DNA of 64,000 bases, taken from the NCBI GenBank assembly GCA_025999155.1, contig AP026679.1, positions 666,561-730,560 of the forward strand, written 5' to 3'. The number at the start of each line of letters is the position of its first letter. The first letter of the stretch is position 1. Below are positions 59,154 through 64,000 of the stretch, one piece after another. Made by a program: the position numbers and the translations under genes. This DNA comes from Candidatus Dojkabacteria bacterium (GTDB lineage: Bacteria > Patescibacteriota > Dojkabacteria > JAOAGR01). The notes under the pieces were generated by a model. The model did no database searches, had not been told where the DNA came from, and saw nothing but the letters and a program-made list of their open reading frames with translations.

Positions 59154-59462
59154 TCAAGAATCTTTACCACAAATTGTATCTATTTTAAACGTTTGGTTAA
59201 GATATATGTTACCTATTCGTTTTTTATGGTTTGGATACTGATGAATGTAAAAGTTTTGATCGGTGTGTTCTGAATATATTGGTAGGCTGTAGTTGAATAT
59301 TGATAAAACGATTAGGTTGATATTATTCCTTGCGTATTTCTGGCTGTCATCCCCACTGTGGAGCAATATCATATTTAGCATGTGAGCCCCGTTTGCTGGC
59401 GCACTCGTATTTGTATTTTGATCTTGTCCGATTATTTGATTCGGGTCGTTTTGTGGATACAT
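59154..59462 (-). pseudogene. Chimeric ORF containing a remnant of the lemA 3' end (duplicated fragment)
   Basis: DNA 59321..59380 ('attattccttgcgtatttctggctgtcatccccactgtggagcaatatcatatttagcat') is ~80% identical to the lemA 3' end at 60601..60660. The encoded N-terminus '...AHMLNMILLHSGDDSQKYARN' parallels the LemA C-terminus 'AKYDIEPRWGGQYEIRKE'. Confidence 0.4.
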
Positions 59463-59501
59463 AATCTAACAATGACAAATATAGAATATCGTATTAAAAT
59501 G

Positions 59502-60497
59502 TCAGCCATCCGTTAAACGGTTGAGAGCAGTGATACGTTCTTCGATTGGAGGATGTGTTGAAGATAATTCATCTATTTTATCGAAAAAACCGGATATCTG
59601 TTTAGATATTCGTTTAGATATGGATATTCGTTTAGATGCTTGTTCAGATGTTTGCTTGGATTTTAGTTTAGATCTTCGTTTAGGAAAAACAATAAACACA
59701 TGCGCGATATTGCCTCCAGCACGAGTAACCGGAACTGTGCTTGCTTGCAATTTCTTCAAAGCATTAATCAGACCCTGCGGATGTCTCGTAATTTCTACTG
59801 CAGTCATATCCGCTAAAAATTTTCGACGTCGCAAAATAGTATTTTTAATTATCGTTGACAAAGTCGTAGCAAGGATAATAAGTACGATAGTTATCAAGAG
59901 CAGTATACATCCACCTTCAATTATATAATGTCGTCCCTCTCTACTGTTAATAAGCGCCGCCCAAAAGATAAACATGGTGTAAGCTAAAACGCCTTCTGTC
60001 GCATCGACAATCGACATCAGTCTGGTGTCATAGTTTTTTATATAAGCCATTCCGTGGGCGATTACACCATCTAGTTCTTCAGTATTTAATTCTTGTAAAA
60101 GACCCAATGTGACAGCTATATGCGCATGCTTAGGATCACGTCCTATCGCATAAGCATTTAAAGCTTTTTCTTGTAGTATATAGACTCTGGGTTTAGGTAT
60201 ACCTGCCTTAAGAGCTATGATCTCCACTCGGTCATTCAAATATTTGAATTCAGGCTTATCTGTCACATCGACAGCTTTCGTCTTCTTTAAAATCCTTTTA
60301 TCCAGAGAAAAGTAAGCACGTAGTACGTTAATTAGCGAAGTTACAAAAGCTATCACTCCAACAATTATGCTTAGCCACTTGTTTCTTGTGAAACTATAAC
60401 TGATAACCGCTACACTAGCCGCAATAAACATCATAAAGACTATCAATAAGATAAAGGTACGCAAGTTGTCTTTATCAATCTGAGAGTACATAAGCAC
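59502..60497 (-). CDS. HtpX-like M48 paralog with all three zinc ligands substituted (HExxH to HGMAY; ExxAD to KFLAD): predicted inactive pseudo-protease
   Basis: 331 aa, collinear with htpX. 'GVIAHGMAYIKNYD' versus 'GVIAHEIAHIRNYD'. 'RRRKFLADMTAVEITRHP' versus 'RRREFLADMSAVEITRYP'. It retains the TM topology and 'STHPPIEERI'. Carries an inserted basic repeat 'KRISISKRISKQIS'. Confidence 0.7.
   Translation of the reverse strand: MLMYSQIDKDNLRTFILLIVFMMFIAASVAVISYSFTRNKWLSIIVGVIAFVTSLINVLRAYFSLDKRILKKTKAVDVTDKPEFKYLNDRVEIIALKAGIPKPRVYILQEKALNAYAIGRDPKHAHIAVTLGLLQELNTEELDGVIAHGMAYIKNYDTRLMSIVDATEGVLAYTMFIFWAALINSREGRHYIIEGGCILLLITIVLIILATTLSTIIKNTILRRRKFLADMTAVEITRHPQGLINALKKLQASTVPVTRAGGNIAHVFIVFPKRRSKLKSKQTSEQASKRISISKRISKQISGFFDKIDELSSTHPPIEERITALNRLTDG
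59594..59686. repeat. About 7 imperfect tandem copies of a 12-bp unit (tcgtttagatat-like) inside the htpX-like paralog CDS
   Basis: Sequence 'ctgtttagatat tcgtttagatat ggatat tcgtttagatgc ttgttcagatgt ttgcttggattt tagtttagatct tcgtttagg'. It is in-frame (12 bp = 4 codons) and encodes the K/R-I-S repeat in the C-terminal tail. Confidence 0.6.
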
Positions 60498-60607
60498 CCT
60501 AATACATTTCTATCCGGCTATCCGAATATTTCGGAGTCAAAACGACATATGGCATTATAAACCGACGCACAAGTCGAAATGAGATGTATGCAGAAACAAG
60601 GCCGATA

Positions 60608-61309
60608 TTACTCCTTGCGTATTTCATACTGCCCGCCCCATCGTGGCTCAATATCATATTTAGCATTTTCTGATGCCTCGAAATAGCTTACTGGCTTATA
60701 GCCCATCAATGAAGCGAGTATATTATTTGGAATTATAGAGATTTTCTCATTATATTCACGTGCGGTAGTATTGTAAATCTGGCGTGCTGCAGCTATTTTC
60801 TCTTCAATAACAGCATCTTGATCCATGAAATTCTTAATTGCTTCCTGGCTTTTTAACTCAGGATAAGCCTCCAATGTAACTCTTAAAGCCTGTATCGCGC
60901 TAGTCAAAGTATGCTCTGCAAGAGCTTTTTGATTAGCATGGGAAGCATCTGATTGTGTAGTTCTTGCTACGTCAGCAGCACTACGGAGTTCTGCAATTTT
61001 TGTTTGAATTTCTTTATCTGTTGAGATTGCTTTTTCAACAGCCTGTATTAAATCAGGTAATAGATCATAACGGTTTTGAAGTCGTACATCTATTTGTCGC
61101 CAAGTCTCGTCTACACGAGTTTTCGCCTTTACTAAAGAGTTGTAAATAAATATAACTATTAAGATAACTAGCCCTAGAATACATATGACTAGAACTGGTA
61201 TCGATATTGAGTTGAGCACATCAGACATACACCATTCTAACACATTAAAGGCCAAACTCAAACATTCAGAGATGCGATCATAATTATGCTGGTATACTGG
61301 CATTACCAT
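60608..61309 (-). CDS. lemA: LemA family protein
   Basis: 233 aa with an N-terminal TM helix. 'YNSLVKAKTRVDETWRQIDVRLQNRYDLLPDLIQAV' is the LemA core signature. Confidence 0.8.
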   Translation of the reverse strand: MVMPVYQHNYDRISECLSLAFNVLEWCMSDVLNSISIPVLVICILGLVILIVIFIYNSLVKAKTRVDETWRQIDVRLQNRYDLLPDLIQAVEKAISTDKEIQTKIAELRSAADVARTTQSDASHANQKALAEHTLTSAIQALRVTLEAYPELKSQEAIKNFMDQDAVIEEKIAAARQIYNTTAREYNEKISIIPNNILASLMGYKPVSYFEASENAKYDIEPRWGGQYEIRKE

Positions 61310-61394
61310 GGTGTTGACCGCTGACGGCTAACTTTTTTGAGTCTGTGTCATAAATTTAGATTTGGAATACTAGAAGAAACTGCTAGAATGAGTC

Positions 61395-62264
61395 ATGGCA
61401 GATGATGGAAATAATACACTAGAGCAGGGTGATGGGAAAAATAAGGCATCGCAAAATAGAGCATCTGGGAAGAAATCAGGTAAAGATGTTTATGATGCAG
61501 GAACTGATTCTGTTGAGACGCTAAGGTCAGATGTAAACACCAGCCATGATTTTTCAGATAATGAATCAGGGATTGAGCCAAAAATAAGCGAGAAAGAAGT
61601 AGATAATGCAAATACAGGGCAGGTTTTTCAGGACGAAGAGCAAAATGGAAAAAGAAGAGTTTGGTTAGTCAAACTAACACTATTTATAATTGTAATTGTT
61701 TTCCTAGCAATGTTGTCATTTATGACTTATTCGTACTATCGCGAAACTATTTTTTTAAAGAACTTATCTTCCGTAAAACAAGATAACATAGTTTTCTATT
61801 TTCCGAAGGAATTTAAACATAACCCCTATAGCGATGTGTATATAGATTACAGAAGTCAAAATCTAAATCAGAAAGGTTTTTATAATAGTATACGTCTTTT
61901 TTCCTTCGAATCTTTGAATAAAGCGACAAAAATTACGGATAAAGAAACCTGCAGATTATTTGTTGAGGATAAAATTGATGATGAACCGAAAGATGCGAAT
62001 GACGCAGAGGATAAAGGTTACATATTAGAGAAGCTTGAGTTTAATAATTTCTTCGGGAAAAAGACTTGTTATTTTGTTATCAAATACGATCTGGCTAAAC
62101 TCGTGAATGATAGTACTCTTGAAGGTCAATATGTTATAGCTGAAGGAAAAGTAATTGTGAGGGGGGGGACTGCATTAGGGGTGTTTGCAAACTACGATGA
62201 TGGCACGTCTGTGGAAGAAAGAGATAGAATTCATCGGTCTGTCATTTTTTTTGATGTAAAGTAG
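61395..62264 (+). CDS. Hypothetical membrane-anchored protein
   Basis: 289 aa. Hydrophilic N-terminal ~90 aa, a single TM 'LVKLTLFIIVIVFLAMLSFM', then a C-terminal extracytoplasmic domain. No family recognised. Confidence 0.3.
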   Translation: MADDGNNTLEQGDGKNKASQNRASGKKSGKDVYDAGTDSVETLRSDVNTSHDFSDNESGIEPKISEKEVDNANTGQVFQDEEQNGKRRVWLVKLTLFIIVIVFLAMLSFMTYSYYRETIFLKNLSSVKQDNIVFYFPKEFKHNPYSDVYIDYRSQNLNQKGFYNSIRLFSFESLNKATKITDKETCRLFVEDKIDDEPKDANDAEDKGYILEKLEFNNFFGKKTCYFVIKYDLAKLVNDSTLEGQYVIAEGKVIVRGGTALGVFANYDDGTSVEERDRIHRSVIFFDVK

Positions 62265-62383
62265 CATCATTTCTGAAATACGATTGGTAAACATTTTCAC
62301 ACATGCGTTCGTATTTAATAAAAGTTAGTCAAAATATAAAATTTGGAGCAAAAACCGCAATCTACTATATTCAATAATTCGGG

Positions 62384-63358
62384 TTAATAATCACGAGTGA
62401 TGAGCTGTCTTAAAGAAATCATGTTATTTGACTGGCTTACTCGGATTGGGCTGTCGTATAGATTGGAATTTTCTATTGTATCAAGGTTCTTTTGGGTGGG
62501 TTGTAAGTGATCATGTTCTATATATTTATTAAATGACGTAGTAAAATTACTGTAAATGACATTCGTGTGTTTTTGGTGGCTTCGCCAGACTGTAGATATT
62601 GGACGAATATGATTGATTCCGAATTTGTTCATTATCATACGTCCTAAAAATGTAATGTGAAATATAAGTAGAGATAGATTTATTGGTATAGATCTAATAT
62701 TGTCAAGTTTAGCCTCGCCAATCATTAAAATTATCAAACCTAAGATCAAGAAATGTGATACAATTATGACTTTACCGATTTTAGCTTCTATCTTCTGATA
62801 ATATGTATAGTAAATTATTGATATCAGAAAGCCTAGAGATGGCAAGAGTATAGTAAATAGTTCTTGTATCTCTCGTACAGGTTGGGAAATTTCTAGGACG
62901 GCATAGAAAAAAAATACATGTGTAATCCCCAAGTGGATTAACATATCCGCAATGTTTTGATAATGTGCAATAGATGAGACAAATATAATGTTTTGTTTAA
63001 TATGTGTTGCTTCTTGTACTAAATTTAGAATCAATTTTGTGGCTAAGGCAAATCCAACAAGAAAAGTTAATACATAAAATGCAAGAAAAATTAGTTCACT
63101 AGAAATGATAAAAGAAATATTTCTATCTATATTGATATATTGGTGATTTAATATATAAATCAATACAGTACCAATAATGAGTATTTCAATCATTATTATT
63201 CTTGTGGTCGACAGTTTCTCCAGCAAGAACAGTCTGATGCGAGACTGGTCCCATACTGATAAGCGTAATATTGCTGGTAAGAGAAGTCTTATTAGTATAT
63301 ATAAATACAGCAATGAAATAAGGAAATAATGCATGATTCTTTCTATAAAAAATAACAA
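62384..63358 (-). CDS. Hypothetical polytopic membrane protein
   Basis: 324 aa with ~8 hydrophobic helices. No recognisable motif. Confidence 0.3.
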   Translation of the reverse strand: MLFFIERIMHYFLISLLYLYILIRLLLPAILRLSVWDQSRIRLFLLEKLSTTRIIMIEILIIGTVLIYILNHQYINIDRNISFIISSELIFLAFYVLTFLVGFALATKLILNLVQEATHIKQNIIFVSSIAHYQNIADMLIHLGITHVFFFYAVLEISQPVREIQELFTILLPSLGFLISIIYYTYYQKIEAKIGKVIIVSHFLILGLIILMIGEAKLDNIRSIPINLSLLIFHITFLGRMIMNKFGINHIRPISTVWRSHQKHTNVIYSNFTTSFNKYIEHDHLQPTQKNLDTIENSNLYDSPIRVSQSNNMISLRQLITRDY

Positions 63359-63383
63359 AATATAACTTTTTAAACAAATGCCG

Positions 63384-63998
63384 TTAATTATTGTCTACAG
63401 TGCTATTTTGTTCGCTATCTAGTCCCAATAAATCGATTTTCTGGTGAGGGCGTTTTGAAAATTGTGTTGTAGGGAAAAGATGCTCATCATCTACTTGGCT
63501 AGAAAACAGGCTGTTGACTGTCAATGAATCAAATTTAATATCTGATGCTTTTGTCCTTCTTTTTTTACTTTTATACAAAATATACAAAATAATGCTTACT
63601 ATGATTACTAGAATACTCATTGCCACAATTAATAAGATTGTTGTCAAAGGATTAATGGGCATCGATATGGTGGTTTGTTCGTTAGAAACTTCCGTAGGTG
63701 TGGTTTCGGCTTGTTCGGTAGATTTCACAATAATAACTTTAGAATAACTCTGATCATTATGAATTGTGGCGGTTATCTCAACTTGTAATGATGGCTGGTC
63801 CAATTGAATAGGTATAGTAAATTCGCCACTATCTAAATCAATTACGAAGATCTTATTCTCTTCAGAATTCGGATTTATTTTATACGTGACTTTAGCACTT
63901 GGATCCGACACATAAGCTTTGATTTCGATATTTTGTTCAGTGGTTTCATAAATAGATTTATCTGTTTTAATATCTGGAATCAGTAAGGCCGATTTCAT
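63384..63998 (-). CDS. Hypothetical single-pass membrane protein
   Basis: 204 aa. N-terminal extracytoplasmic beta-rich region, a TM 'ILLIVAMSILVIIVSIILYILY', then a basic stop-transfer 'KSKKRR'. Confidence 0.3.
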   Translation of the reverse strand: MKSALLIPDIKTDKSIYETTEQNIEIKAYVSDPSAKVTYKINPNSEENKIFVIDLDSGEFTIPIQLDQPSLQVEITATIHNDQSYSKVIIVKSTEQAETTPTEVSNEQTTISMPINPLTTILLIVAMSILVIIVSIILYILYKSKKRRTKASDIKFDSLTVNSLFSSQVDDEHLFPTTQFSKRPHQKIDLLGLDSEQNSTVDNN

Positions 63999-64000
63999 TT

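Noticed and set aside
1-64000. CRISPR arrays, rRNA genes, insertion sequences
   Set aside because: The window has no short direct-repeat/spacer array, no rRNA-like conserved stretches and no transposase-like ORFs. The only repeats are intragenic (the 495-bp and 12-bp tandems) and the diverged gene duplications.

Overview
This 64 kb window is a low-GC, compact bacterial chromosome segment that uses the standard genetic code. The gene content and style are consistent with a small-genome Gram-positive-like lineage, possibly a Patescibacteria/Saccharibacteria-type organism. That taxonomic guess is inference only.

Most of the window is housekeeping genes with clear family signatures:
- hrcA (5'-truncated)
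- clpC
- gatB
- lepA
- ung
- metG
- gmk
- an aldehyde dehydrogenase
- rpe
- xfp phosphoketolase
- murA
- ssb
- leuS
- ruvX
- two M3 oligoendopeptidase F (pepF) paralogs
- two htpX paralogs with a lemA gene
- a CPA2 antiporter
- a CaCA exchanger
- an HMA-domain permease

Three tRNA genes are present: Asn-GTT (minus), Ser-GGA (minus) and Met-CAT (plus). They bracket a roughly 7 kb accessory islet. The islet encodes two paralogous, Cys-rich, Thr/Pro-linker surface proteins, one of which has a 495-bp internal tandem repeat. Both end in sorting-signal-like C-termini.

The most unusual locus is a minus-strand three-gene operon at 1827..7469. It encodes a 961-aa full-length homolog of PEP synthase/pyruvate phosphate dikinase that has lost the phospho-histidine, followed by two ~440-aa TldD/PmbA-like proteins. 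I propose this as a candidate undescribed system.

Two diverged tandem segmental duplications are also visible, each with complementary decay of one gene copy: ruvX-pepF and htpX-lemA. The second htpX copy has lost all three zinc ligands and carries a 12-bp in-frame microsatellite.

No CRISPR array, rRNA, transposase or integrase was recognised.
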